A model generated the notes under the pieces. It saw nothing but the letters and a program-made list of their open reading frames with translations, ran no database searches and was not told the DNA's origin. A program made the position numbers and the translations under genes. Below, piece by piece: positions 35,301 through 47,320 of a stretch of 64,000 nt of DNA (positions are counted from its first letter, which is position 1; each line of letters begins with the position of its first letter). Source of the stretch: Oopsacas minuta (Eukaryota > Animalia > Porifera). The stretch is taken from NCBI GenBank assembly GCA_024704765.1, contig JAKMXF010000111.1, positions 884,619 through 948,618 on the forward strand. Direction: 5' to 3'.

Positions 35301-36420
35301 ACTCCCAATCACATCCTCTGGGACACTTCACTCGCTTACTGAGTATCCTTTTCTCTTCTCGTTTGTCTCTGAAGTTAGAACCTGTTAGAGATTCTTTGTC
35401 AATTGGGCATTTTGCATTTTGTGATTCAACACTCTTGTCTAGACAGAGACTACAGAATAGGTGTCCACAGGGTGTCTGTACTGGTTCCCTTGATACCCCG
35501 TTACACACAGGACATATCTGCTCCGTATCTACAAGTTGTTCTGTAAAGTATTCACAGTTATACCCACCTAACCACTGATATCCGTATTTGTCTACTTTGC
35601 AATACAACAAATCGTTATAGCTTATCAATTTTGAAGCCATTAATTATAAAATATACCTATATCAGTATTGCTGCCTAACTTATGACTACTCTATGTAACA
35701 ATATCCTCTCTACAGTGGTTATTTAGTTTCAAGAATATTATGTTATCCTACTAATAAACAACAGCTCATATAAACCATCTAATACTGTAGGAGAAACTGA
35801 ATCAGCTGTTAGGTCCATTGGATAAAGAAGAACAGATTCTAATGAAGCTAGATGCAATCTTCCAATCTCTTCAAGTTGAGAATCAGCAAGATATAATACA
35901 GTTATTACAGTATGTTATTGTAAGCATTGAGTTAGAGGAGGAGGAGGAGGGTGATATGAGGAATGGTGCTACACAAAGATTCGAAATTATGCAGCCTGAC
36001 ATGGTATCTCAAGCTCTGAGGTAATTTATTCAGTGACTTAATGATAAATTTTATCTGAGAACAAACTTGTATATCAACAGATCTTATATTGAAGCCAGGA
36101 AGGAGAGGGAAGCTGGTATTCCAGTCAAGGTAGCAAGTCGAGTTGACAAGGAACGAGAAAGAAAGGAGATCTTGGATGGGGACTACTGGAACAAGATGGC
36201 TAATATCCTCCCCCCGATGCATGAATGTCTTTGGAATGCTCTCCTAGATGGACTGGGATTGTATAATAATGAACTTGACAGAAGAGAGAAACTTATTGAA
36301 GAGACAGACTCATTACAACTACAAAACACTGAACTTAAAATGTTGTTACAGCAGTATCTAGATGCACAGGTAAACCAGGAGCTGTTACAACCTCCTGTTC
36401 AGATGCTGGCTCTTAACTGA
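32387..36420 (+). CDS. DRC1: Dynein regulatory complex subunit 1 (CCDC164), multi-exon
   Basis: EERIRARRLRIKR, IKDDQYVKDLK, LEKLDYNLQV|VKKRDEEN, LMKLDAIF, C-terminal LQLQNTELKMLLQQYL...NQELLQPP. Confidence 0.92.
34387..35640 (-). CDS. TRAF family E3/adaptor (RING, zf-TRAF, MATH), intronless, nested in a DRC1 intron
   Basis: RING CPVC...CGHLFC..C...CPID, TRAF zinc fingers, MATH domain YIWKV...SVPFY..GYKFC...GEGTHISAHL...LEWP. Confidence 0.93.
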   Translation of the reverse strand: MASKLISYNDLLYCKVDKYGYQWLGGYNCEYFTEQLVDTEQICPVCNGVSREPVQTPCGHLFCSLCLDKSVESQNAKCPIDKESLTGSNFRDKREEKRILSKRVKCPRGCDWESMLSGLESHLVGGCEREELCTCGASLGKEDLVLHKLTECPKRIIKCEYCREDIEAQNQSSHLSKCQIYPRLCSLGCGEKLTIPQEKKHQDTCPNMVIPCSFSKIGCVVELMRSQHDEHLDTYMKQHLVQACDTIMDLRIEVSELTSLASNKPYIWKVTNIEESIQNNIKLTSVPFYREGYKFCARLSMGGIRQGEGTHISAHLAVMKGANDSNLEWPIKAGSKFSFTVLNQQTDRLHVVMSKTIHPDDFLQPTVSAGKFWGFNKLISHKQLFEKTIESEYCVKDTMFLSVQLSILSDFPKWLKP

Positions 36421-36563
36421 ATTATATCTGTCAGTATATTTGTATGTAACCCTTTCACTTACTCACCGATACACTAACTATTTATCTATTAAATTATAAC
36501 ATTAAGACTTGTAATCAATGGAGAATATACTCATTGCATGAAGATATCATAGAAATGGCTAAA

Positions 36564-36711
36564 CAGTGGATGCCAACTATAAGAACATGCCGGATTAGAT
36601 ACACGCACCATCCTCTGGAAAACGGTTCCCATGAAATCTTGTATATTATATCCAGGTTAATAGAACATGAATTGCTGCCCCCAAAGGCGTTCTTATAATC
36701 GGCATCCACTG
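36564..36711. mobile_element. Tc1/mariner-type MITE
   Basis: cagtggatgccaactataagaac / gttcttataatcggcatccactg followed by TA. Confidence 0.8.
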
Positions 36712-37071
36712 TATGTCCAGCCTTCCAGTTATATATTTTACATTGTGTACTAAAGCTTCCGCTACGGACCTGAAGCAATAAATGGTAATACGAATTAGTT
36801 AATAAGATATATAAGAAAGTGGTAATCTCATAATTAGTGATATATACTGTACGCAGTACTTCGAGTTTGCAAAAGACGTTTGAATGTCGATATAACAAGA
36901 TGATTCAAGTTGTACTGCTCGGTTAAAATACTATTTCAATATATGTATTGCAGAACAAACGTTCAAGGAAAAAGAATGAGAGCATTAGTAACCTTATACC
37001 ACGCACTATAAAATAATCAAATCAACTATGCACAGAAGTATATTCCATAGGATTGTAATCACTTTATCAAC

Positions 37072-40000
37072 ATGGCTAGGATAACAGAGCGACCGCCAGT
37101 AGGGAAAGTAGAAGATTTAGCTTCGCTACCAGAATTGAATGAGAATATTTTGTTAGAAGAATTACGTACAAGATACAAACAGAATAACATATATACTTAT
37201 GTGGGAGATATTTTGGTATCTGTGAACCCATTTAAGACAATACTAGGTCTCTATAGTAGTGCACAACAGTCTACATACAAAGGTAAAGCAAGATCTGATT
37301 GTCCTCCGCATATATTCGCTATTGCTGATACTTGTTATGCTCAGATGCTGGATTCTGAGAACCATCAGTGCTGTTTAATTAGCGGAGAATCAGGTAGAGT
37401 AATTACATTATAGGAATGAGGGACATATTGTATATTGTACATTCAATTATACTGTTAGGGGCTGGAAAGACTGAGGCTACCAAACTGATTATGTCTCATT
37501 TAATGGAACTTTGTTCTAAGAAATTCATAGACTCATCCCTGAGAGATGCTAACTTAGAGCAGAAAATAGTTAAAGTCAGTACAGATAGAATTTTCTTTTA
37601 ATATGTACGTTATGTGTGGATCTTGTAGGTTAACGGTCTTCTAGAAGCATTCGGAAATGCACAGACAGTAATGAACGACAATTCAAGCAGATTTGGAAAA
37701 TACATTCAGTTAAAGTTTATCAAAGGTGCTGTGATTGGTGCTAAAATAAACGAGTATCTCTTAGAGAAGAGTAGAGTAGTTAGTCAAGCTCCTGGAGAGC
37801 AGAACTTTCATATATTCAATGCTCTATTCGCTGGATTAGAAGCAGAGGATAAAAAGAGGTAAAATCAATCAATCAATATGTGCGTATAACCAATGTACAA
37901 GTAATTTAGGTTACTTTTACGGTTTGATACCATATTTGTACAATTTCAAACTTCGATATAGCAAGTATTTTGATATATCCGTGTTTCATATAATGGGGGC
38001 TGGCTGTATACGAATATCATGATCTGTTTCTAGGTTTAAGCTTAATAACCCAGATGATTTCTGCTACTTATCCAACGGGGACAAAGTATAATGAATAAGA
38101 CTAAGAATCTGAAGGGAATATTTAATGACATGGAGAGTTCTATCGATCTGATTGGATTCAACTCAGATGAACAAGAAAACTTATTTAGAATATGTGCTGG
38201 CCTCCTGCATCTAGGAAATATCCAATTTGATGAGAAAGAGAATGATGCTTCTTATGTCAGAGCAGATTGTTCTGAAGCAATGAATATCACCTGTTCGTTG
38301 TTAGGACTGAGAGAGGATATGATATCAGAGATGATGACTATCTCAGTTAGTGTGGCAAGAGGTAGGTCATTACCCGTAATTAACCGTCTATATTGCAATG
38401 GTGGTCTCAAAGGGGCATTTCCCCCGGGTATGCAAAATCCTGGGACCGCCTCTGCTGTATTGACTTAAGTATACAGACAACTCTAGTTACATCGAAAACG
38501 GATTTATCGAAATGCCAGCTTATATCTAAGTCTGAAATTGTACAATTATGGTTCCAGACTGGTCTTACCGTCAAAGTAACATAAAATTACATCGTTTATA
38601 TCGAATCTTTAGCTCGGTCCCTTGAGCTTAGATATAACGGCAGTTGAGTAGTCCTAATTTTCAGGTGAGCAATTTCAACGTAACTTGAATAAAGAAAAAG
38701 CCAATGTAGCTAGAGACTCAATTGCAAAGGCTATATACTCTCGTACATTCGGTTGGATAGTAAACAGAATAAACTCAATGCTTGCTCCGCCTACTAGACT
38801 AGCAGGTAATGAATTGGAGATAGGAATCCTGGATATATTCGGATTCGAACACTTCGAACAAAATTCATACGAACAGATGTGTATTAACCTAGCTAATGAA
38901 CAATTACAGTATTATTTTAATCAACACATATTCATGATGGAGTTAGAAGAATATAAATCTGAAGGGATCAGTATACGTGACGTCAAATTTGAGGACAATA
39001 GACCTCTACTCGATATGTTTCTATTAAAACCAATCGGAGTATTAGCACTGCTGGATGAGCAGTGTGTGTATCCAAGAGCTACAGATGAGACGTTCATAGG
39101 GAAACTATACGAGCATTTCTCTAAGCTGCCTTACTTCATATCTTCTAAGAGAACTATTCTGGATACCTTCACTATTAATCACTATGCAGGACAGGTGAGT
39201 TTATCTTATATTACTGTTACTAGATACATTGGTTACCATCCTGGGCTACATGGGCCCCTCGGTGGTCCACGGGTTAAAAGGTTGGAAACCGCTCTATTAT
39301 AATATTAAACAAATGCATAGGTAAAGTATGACGGAGAAGGATTCCTCGACAAGAATAGAGATCTGCTACCTAACGGGTGTGTAGAGATGTTACAGAGATC
39401 TGCAAACAGCCTGGTAGCTACAATATTCACAGGAACACTCACTCGTACTGGTACACTAGCTCTGGGAATGTTGGGCGGAGCTAGGAAATCTAGGAAAAGC
39501 AAGAGAAGAATGTTGGATTTGAAAGCTGGAAAAATTGGAGGAGGAAAGAACGCGACTACCTTAGGAGCTCAGTTCAAGATATCTCTACAAGTATTGATGG
39601 AGAAGATGAGTATAGCTAATCCACATTTTATTCGTTGTATTAAGCCTAATCATAAGAAGCAGGCTGACCATTTCTCAGACGAATACGTGGAAGCTCAACT
39701 CCGTTATACTGGTTAGTATTATATGAATGATCTGTGTTATTACAGTCGAACATCCATAAGCGGAGTGCCAGGACGCCGAAAATTGCTGCCTCGTTCCCCC
39801 GTTTCCATATGTTCCCCGTTTGTAGAGTTTACACTCTAGTTATACATACTCATACACTGTAGGTATGTTGGAGACTACTCGCATTCGTAAAGACGGCTAT
39901 GCTCTACGTCCTACTTTCCAGGAGTTTGTAATGAAGTACAAGCCTCTAGCTAGAAATCTCAGATTAACAGGGACCGCAGAGAATGCTAAAAGCATACTTG

Positions 40001-41429
40001 AAAACACAGGAGAATCTGGCTGGCAGATCGGTCATACTAAGGTGTTCATGAAATATTGGTTACTTGAAAAACTGAGTGCTCATATGGAGAAAGTACACAA
40101 GGCTGCTACTGTCATTGAGAAGCATGTGAGAGGATTTATAGCTAGAAAGAAAGTCCAGAAATTGATGTCTTTAGCTAGGATAGAAACAGAGTTACTAAAA
40201 CATTACTTTATTGAGATTGCTGATGCTCAATATAAACTGTATGATCAACTGGAGGTGCTCTGTGATCAGGATATGAAAAGGTTTAATCAGTGCTATTCAG
40301 TGTAGTATTCGTATTAAATTATACTGTATTTACTTTCATTTATAGATCAAAGGATTTCTGGAAAGCTAAACCTAAAGTTATCCCCACCCCCCCTCAAGTT
40401 ACCAAACCCCCTACACCTCCCCCTCAGCCTAAACACCCTAGCCCCATACCTCCTACCTCTGATTCGGACACAGACTCTAATGAGGACTCAGATGATACAT
40501 TCAGTGGTCCTGCTACTAAGAAAATATTACAAAAGAAGTTCGGAATGGAAGGAAACAGAGCTGCTTCTATTCGCTGGTTCCAACAGACTCAGAAAACTAA
40601 CAAAGGAGCAGTCAATTCAGAAGGTAAAATAAATAGCTTTAAACAAAATAACAGTTTTTAACTGAGTAGATTTATAGGTAATTTCCATGATTGGTTCCAT
40701 GGCATAATCACACGAAGACAAGCTGAGAAGTTACTGACTAGTAGTCCTATTGGAGGATATCTTATCCGTGTGAGTGAGACTAGATTTGGTTATTCTCTCT
40801 CAGTCAGAGCTGCACAGAGAGTAAAACATTTTATGATTGATCAAACTCCATCCGGTAAGTATGTAGTGGTTGGAGAGCCTCAAGTACACAAGTCTCTAGC
40901 TAGACTGGTGGAATACCATAAAGCTACTCCTGTTACTAGTGAGGGAGATCTGCTAACCAGACCATGTGGACAACAAGGTAATATTCTGAAATTGTACAAA
41001 TATGCTCCCAAAACGGTCAAAGTAACATATTCCATCGGTTATATCGAAGTAATTATCGTGGTCACTTGAGCTTGACATGACGGGAGTTGACTGTATAAAT
41101 TGCCTGTGTTAATGTATTGTGATTAGGGAGTGTGGATTATCAGGAGCTAATTGGAGAGGAAGATGATGATTACGCTGCTCCAGCAGAGGTAATGGATGCC
41201 TCAGCTTACCTTACTCACACACCAGGAGCTACACCTCCTATTGATAAAGGTAATTATTATATTCAGTGTGTACATATAAAGTTATTAAATCCCTAATTGT
41301 CTAGTTCCTAATAACTCATTCAGCAGAAGAAAGATAGCTTCCTCTAGAACAGATAAGGTAAGCTCACTACGTCCAGGAGCTAAGAGCAAAGCTAAGAATG
41401 CAGGACCACCTCCTCTACCTCCAAGATAG
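37072..41429 (+). CDS. Unconventional myosin with IQ and C-terminal SH2 (class XXVIII-like), multi-exon
   Basis: P-loop GESG|AGKT split by an intron, [27 protein letters not shown] motif [14 protein letters not shown]2 [12 protein letters not shown]...YLIRVSE; stop at 41429. Confidence 0.9.
38474..38648. mobile_element. Tc1/mariner (pogo-like) MITE in a myosin intron
   Basis: ta-cagacaactctagttacatcgaa ... cttgagcttagatataacggcagttgag; interior shared with 40982-41093. Confidence 0.7.
40982..41093. mobile_element. 5'-truncated copy of the 38474 MITE in a myosin intron
   Basis: ctgaaattgtaca...gtcaaagtaacata...cttgagcttgacatgacgggagttgactg-ta. Confidence 0.7.
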
Positions 41430-41819
41430 ACACTGCATAGATTATATGAGATAGATATTCTTATCTTATCTTAGATGTTATGGAAGATAGTTTGTCTTAT
41501 TTTTATTATTGTCAGCTGTTTAAATATACTGTTTGAGTGTGATTTATTCACTACTTAACTAACTAATGAAATAATCATTAATGAGTACATTGGTTATAGA
41601 GCCACTATAAATAGCTATAATAATAATAATAATAATAATAATGAAAATCCCTCCAAAGTGCTATAAGTCAGTAAAAAGTAAGAATAATATTTTAGAAAAA
41701 ACTTTTTGTAAAACAGTATTGAATATCCACTCATTTATCACTTCACAATTGATATTATAAAAGTAAATAATTTAGCTTTGTATCATTTCAAATGATAATA
41801 TTAATTATTAACTACGTAA

Positions 41820-44226
41820 TCAGATTTTCTCCGTGAACTGCTCCAGTTCTCGTGGCTTTTTAACCCAGGTTCCGCAGATAGGCTTGAGGTGAGAGAAGAG
41901 TATTTCTTTCGCTCCTTGGTAACCTTCTGAATATTGCTTAGCTTGGTAGTAGGTTATATCAAACAGCTGTGTAGAATGCTCCATCAGCAGTGTCTTATCA
42001 GTCATACTACTGGGATAAATACACTTCGTTTCTCGAAGCTTAGTCCAGGTTGATAAAAACCGTCTGAATAGTCTATGCTTGCTTAAGACGCTAGTTTCCA
42101 GGAAAGCACACTTCCCAGTAGAAGTATTAATAATTTCAATATTCTCATCCCCCCAATTCCAGCACATAGACAGACTACCAGTATATTTTGGCTGTGATAT
42201 CTTTATGAATGCGGTAGACATCAGGGGATAGTTTATAATAAATGATTCAGGTAGATCTGAGGTTGCTAGAGAGCCAATTCTAAAGTGAACAAATACTTTA
42301 TCAGATACAGTTAATACGTACATCCTATTAATATATTGCTTATACCTGTGATGTATCGCTCTGCCCAGATTCTCAGCATCAAATCCATTAGATACAACAA
42401 CAGACTTGAAGTATACTGGATCAATAAAGTGAGAGAGGAGTGCTCCCTGTACACCAAGCATATTCCACTTTAGTAGCTTATCACTACAACTCATTGTCAG
42501 TACTTGTTCTCCTCTCTGTAATTTACTCCATATCTGTTCTGTTGAATCAAGTGACGTCACTAACACAGTCGATTCAGAATCGCTTCTACAGACCCTGAGT
42601 CCTCCTTGTGTCTTTTGAAGATAAGCAGATGCTTCTTCTAGTCCTAGGAGGTCAACATTTGGACTGAACTTAGCATCTCCTGATGGTAAATGACTCAGGT
42701 ATAGATGGAAAGATATACCCTGCTTAACAACCAATTTATTCGTAGACACTATAGGAAAGTGGAATACAATCGTTAGAACTTCTTAATGAATATTATATTA
42801 TTAAATTGCTATTGCTGTCTGTTTCGTTGTCAAGGAAAGATTTCCGGCAGCGCGAGTAAGCGAATCGGCTCTTATTATATAAGTATTTATTGACCTGGTT
42901 TTGTATAGATTGAGTCTTGAATGCTCCCATCTGCTACCATATCAAGATGGTAGTATAGGAATCTAATGAACGACCTCCTTGCTAGAGCCACTGCTCTACA
43001 ATCATTTATAGACATTCCTTTATCACTCAGAGAGTTAGAGGATATTACTCGGGTACCTGTCCCTACAGCTACTACTTCTGCCTGTACATTGATGTCTACT
43101 AGTCCCATACCTTCACTTCCCTTATACATTATTACAGCAGCAAGTGACATAGGCTGCTCATCGGGTTTACGTTTTTCTAGAAGTTCTTTTAGTTTCTCAG
43201 TTGCTAATTTTCCTATCTGATCTGCTAATAACTATAAATAGTGGTAATAAATGTAACTCAGGGATATTTATATGTTTTAATCAAATTACCCGATTGAGAC
43301 TATCCTTACTGATTTTGCTAAACTCTTCTCTCACCTCTTGTTTCTCAGCTGTGGAAGTTCTCCTGTACTGTTCAGGTAATTCTAGCCAGGAAGAATTTAC
43401 ATTGAGTAATCCGATGAGAGCATTGTTAGCTGCTATCATTTTAGCGGTCTTCTTATCTGTAGCAGTCCCTTTGAAGATTAAGTTTTTAGCTGTACACGTG
43501 CAATGGAATAATCCAACTTTTTTGATGGTTGAGAAAGAAACCCCTGCCTGTGTGGAAAATTGTATAAAGTTATACGCGTTAACATGAACGCCAACGGACA
43601 GTCAAAATTTGTTCGCATTCTCATGAGTTCCTATTAACCAGAGTGAATCCAATATGTGTTCGTCTTATCCGGGAATTCATATTAACCGTGTTCGTATGAA
43701 CGAGATTACATTGTGTTTACATCATGAGTCGTGACGTATTATGTGACCGTTATTAATAGTTCCTTACAATATGCTCAGTTATATATGAGACAGGATGTTT
43801 GTTAGTAGGATTAGGTCTACTCAGAGTTATATCCTTAGGCTGTATATATTCAACAGGAGTATCAGTGTCAGGATCTATGTGAGCCTGTTTATGCGGGGGT
43901 CCATCTAGCTCTTGAGTATCCTCTCTCTCCTTATCTATACAAGTATCAGCATTAAATTGTATAAAAAATATATTAATAAGGTATAACTAACCTTGTAATA
44001 AGCTGAGTTTAATACCATGCAATGCATTTAGAGCTTTAGATGCTGCCAGAGCCTTTGCTTCTTTCTTACTACTAGATATGCCTTGGTATGAATTACCTTC
44101 TATCACAACACGAACTGTAAATCTCATATCATGAGATTTACCCTCTTGTGAGACTAGCTCAAATTGTGGATTTTTGTAGAAACTGTGAAGAATTGAAATT
44201 GGATTGCTTCCTCTTGCCATCGCCAT
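41820..44226 (-). CDS. ADAR-fold protein: 2 dsRBDs plus degenerate deaminase (ADAD-like), multi-exon
   Basis: Exons 44226-43992, 43934-43768, 43547-43290, 43231-42895, 42748-41820 join in phase. dsRBD motifs ([14 protein letters not shown]; [14 protein letters not shown]), [23 protein letters not shown]. Confidence 0.9.
43563..43715. mobile_element. Degenerate Tc1/mariner-type MITE in an ADAD intron
   Basis: Weak TIR ...cgcgttaacatgaac / gttcgtatgaacgagattacattg. Confidence 0.4.
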
Positions 44227-44391
44227 GTAGAATTCAAAATTTATCTAATCATGTAAAAGTACAAAGTTCAAATTATTCCATACTACTTAGCAATGATCAT
44301 GTCATGTAACCCAACACAAATTCTATAATAATTAACACATAAATATACACATATAGAAAGTAAAATATACATCTCATCGGGTACTTATAGC

Positions 44392-46944
44392 TTATTGCCT
44401 CAGCTCTGGAAATAAACTAGCGGATAATGCTGGATCATTGCCTAGCTGCCCTGCTTTGCCAGATTTCAGGTCTTCTGGGAAATCGAGCAAATATCTATCA
44501 TCTTGCTTCAAGAACTGAGCGATTTCACTAAAGGTTAGTCTCTCTGTAGGTTCTATATTCCATGTCTTTACCATTAGAGAATATATCTGGTAAGGACAGC
44601 CAGTAGGAGGCCCCTGGATAGATTTGTTACCCACCATTTCTATAACCTCTACATTTGTATAATCACCCCATGGCTTCTGTCCTACACTCCACACTTCAAA
44701 TAGTGTCATACCCAGTGACCACACATCCGATTTCTCTGAGTACCGACGGAAGAAGAGTGCCTCTGGAGCTGTCCACCTGACTGCAACCACGCCCCCGCGC
44801 TCCACTTTATAATAATCCTTATCTTCATGCATCCGCTTAGACAAGCCAAAATCTCCTATTCTACAAACCCTATCACTACCTACTAACACGTTTCTAGCTG
44901 CTAGATCTCTGTGTACGAAATGTTTAGAGGAAAGATACTCCATCCCATTGACGATATCACGAGTAGACAATAACAGAGATTGTAACAGCTTGTCACTGTC
45001 AAATGTCACACTGGCTATCGTCGCTAGAATATTCCTGAGATCTCCTTCCATCAATTCTATTATTAACATATATGGTTCTGTAACACTAACGATACCTAGT
45101 AGACGTAATACATTAGGATGGTTGAACTGTCCCATGATCGCTGCTTCTGTTAGAAATGATAATCTTAGCTTAGAATCAGCATTCTTATTCAGACATTTAA
45201 CGGCTACAGGTATTGGATCTGTATCTTCCTCCATTTTCCATTCAGCACGTAGAACTCTACCAAAACAACCTATACCAAGTTGTTCTTGTAACAAAATGCA
45301 ATTTAAGTTAATTTCTCTGTATTTACATTCAGACATTTCTTTATAAATACCTTCTACCTCTCCTGGCGGATCTCTATAAGCGATGGTGCTAGAGAAGTAA
45401 GATTCTCCTTGTTTGATAATTTCTCCCTTCATTTTCTCCGCTCTTTGTTGGTGAGATTGGACAATGCTAGATGAGTATAGGAATGGCTTGTGTTGAAGGG
45501 TGGAAGTGTTGATATCAACTGGTTTCGGGCTTGAATCTGTACTTCCTGGTAATACAGACAAGTACAGCTGATTCTCAACATTATGCTGGTTAGTATAATT
45601 CCTACCTCGCTGCCTAACTCCCTGATCCCCTGCTGGTAATGTACCGCTATTTACATACTCAACTGAATTAGTGATTGTACGATTTGTTGCAGAACTGTAT
45701 CTATTTTCTACTGATCTATTGGATGTGCTTACAAGCATATCTTCAAGCTTTACACTAGCGTATACAACCTCTTCAGTATCCTCAGTACTCGTGGTCGTAA
45801 CTATTCGTTCCCGTGTCGTGAAGATGATCGTCTTCTCAAGGGCTTGCAGCTTAGAAGGTCTCGACTTTATGTACACAATTAGGAGGATAACACATATGCT
45901 TAGGATGATACAGGCTATTACAACAAAAGAGAAGGCGCCAAATATTAAAATTGTTGCTTCTGTATTTGAAAGACCCGTGTCTTGTGTGGAATTGATTAGA
46001 GTTGTAATTGTTATAGATGAAGTAGTAGTGTTTAGGGTATATATATCACAAGTTTCCCCTGTGTAAGGATACGGACACAAACATTCGCCATCACCCCCAC
46101 AAATTCCACCATTTCTACATTCAGTTATACAGTTATCAAAACATTCTAAGGTAGATAGGGTATTGGTAGAGCATGTAGTAGGCGTGACGTCACATAGAGA
46201 TAGCCCACTAGCTGAACTATTACACGTCACATTATATCCTATTGTTGTATTGTCATTCGAGGGTAAAAAACTGAATATCGCTTTTTTACAATCAGCTCTA
46301 CAAGATGAAATACTCCTACACAATGGTCTTACAACAGATAAGAAGTTACTGTTTGATGGACAGAGAGGAAACCATTCATTTACCCCTGATGATTCAGCAC
46401 ATATCTCAACAACTGGGGAGTCAGGAGACTTTGAATTTGCCCTTAATTCTCCTATTTCACATTTGACTCGATCTTGGCAAGTTGGTTCTTCATATCTAGG
46501 CGAGCAGGAACAGGTATTGTTAGCACAGAAATTTGGACTGAAATAACCAAGTGGACAATCATGATTACATTCGCAATTAAGAGTATCTATAATAAAAGAA
46601 CAATGCCCTGTGGTTACGTCACAATGTTTCGCTTTACTATCACTAGCTTCACATCGAAATATAAACCCGTAAATCGATCTAGGAATTACTGTATAGTTGA
46701 ATAGGTTACACTCTTTTTCACAAGCAAAACTACTCGATCTACAAAACACATTGGCAGTTTTATCAGGAGTTGGATCGGCACAGAGAGGAAGCCAAATTTT
46801 GTTATCTTTATATCTCTCACATACCTCCAGTCCATCCTCGCTAACTTGTATACTCCTAGCATCACATTCTGCATTGCAAAACTGCTCTAAGTGACCGAAT
46901 ACGGTCAAAGCGAATACTAATTTAATAACTGCCTTACAACACAT
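44392..46944 (-). CDS. Receptor tyrosine kinase: signal peptide, 2x (SRCR-like plus EGF-like), TM, TK; intronless
   Basis: Hydrophobic N-terminus, Cys-rich ectodomain, TM ILIFGAFSFVVIACIILSICVILLIVYI, kinase GIGCFGRV, VAVK, HRDLAARN, DFG, VRWTAPE. Confidence 0.93.
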   Translation of the reverse strand: MCCKAVIKLVFALTVFGHLEQFCNAECDARSIQVSEDGLEVCERYKDNKIWLPLCADPTPDKTANVFCRSSSFACEKECNLFNYTVIPRSIYGFIFRCEASDSKAKHCDVTTGHCSFIIDTLNCECNHDCPLGYFSPNFCANNTCSCSPRYEEPTCQDRVKCEIGELRANSKSPDSPVVEICAESSGVNEWFPLCPSNSNFLSVVRPLCRSISSCRADCKKAIFSFLPSNDNTTIGYNVTCNSSASGLSLCDVTPTTCSTNTLSTLECFDNCITECRNGGICGGDGECLCPYPYTGETCDIYTLNTTTSSITITTLINSTQDTGLSNTEATILIFGAFSFVVIACIILSICVILLIVYIKSRPSKLQALEKTIIFTTRERIVTTTSTEDTEEVVYASVKLEDMLVSTSNRSVENRYSSATNRTITNSVEYVNSGTLPAGDQGVRQRGRNYTNQHNVENQLYLSVLPGSTDSSPKPVDINTSTLQHKPFLYSSSIVQSHQQRAEKMKGEIIKQGESYFSSTIAYRDPPGEVEGIYKEMSECKYREINLNCILLQEQLGIGCFGRVLRAEWKMEEDTDPIPVAVKCLNKNADSKLRLSFLTEAAIMGQFNHPNVLRLLGIVSVTEPYMLIIELMEGDLRNILATIASVTFDSDKLLQSLLLSTRDIVNGMEYLSSKHFVHRDLAARNVLVGSDRVCRIGDFGLSKRMHEDKDYYKVERGGVVAVRWTAPEALFFRRYSEKSDVWSLGMTLFEVWSVGQKPWGDYTNVEVIEMVGNKSIQGPPTGCPYQIYSLMVKTWNIEPTERLTFSEIAQFLKQDDRYLLDFPEDLKSGKAGQLGNDPALSASLFPELRQ

Positions 46945-47320
46945 GCCTTATTGATCAGTTAAATTAAATTGTAACTGAATTTAGTTCAAGTTAAACTCAC
47001 CCGTTTGTGAAATAAGATACACAATTTATTGGCCTATCTAGCTACAAGATATCACGTTATGTGGCATAATTAGCATGGTTCAAATACTAATGCAAATCAT
47101 AAACTAGGACGGATTTATACTTGTATACGTATATGCTAGATCCAATACCAGTTAAGTAAATAAATAGACTCAAGATGACCAAAATTACCATTATGAAAGA
47201 ATATATGTAAATAAGAGAAGAATAGCATATATAAACGAACAATAACTTCTATCTATCTTGTCGCTAAGTTGTACTCCCTCAGAATACTCAGATCTATACG
47301 AGAGTTGAAAATAAATTATG

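Noticed and set aside
36515-36898. 127-aa minus-strand ORF
   Set aside because: Runs through the 36564-36711 MITE and AT-rich flanks; not protein-like.
37072-41429. Class III (kinase) myosin
   Set aside because: The motor starts right after the ATG with no kinase exons upstream, and the tail has an SH2 domain.
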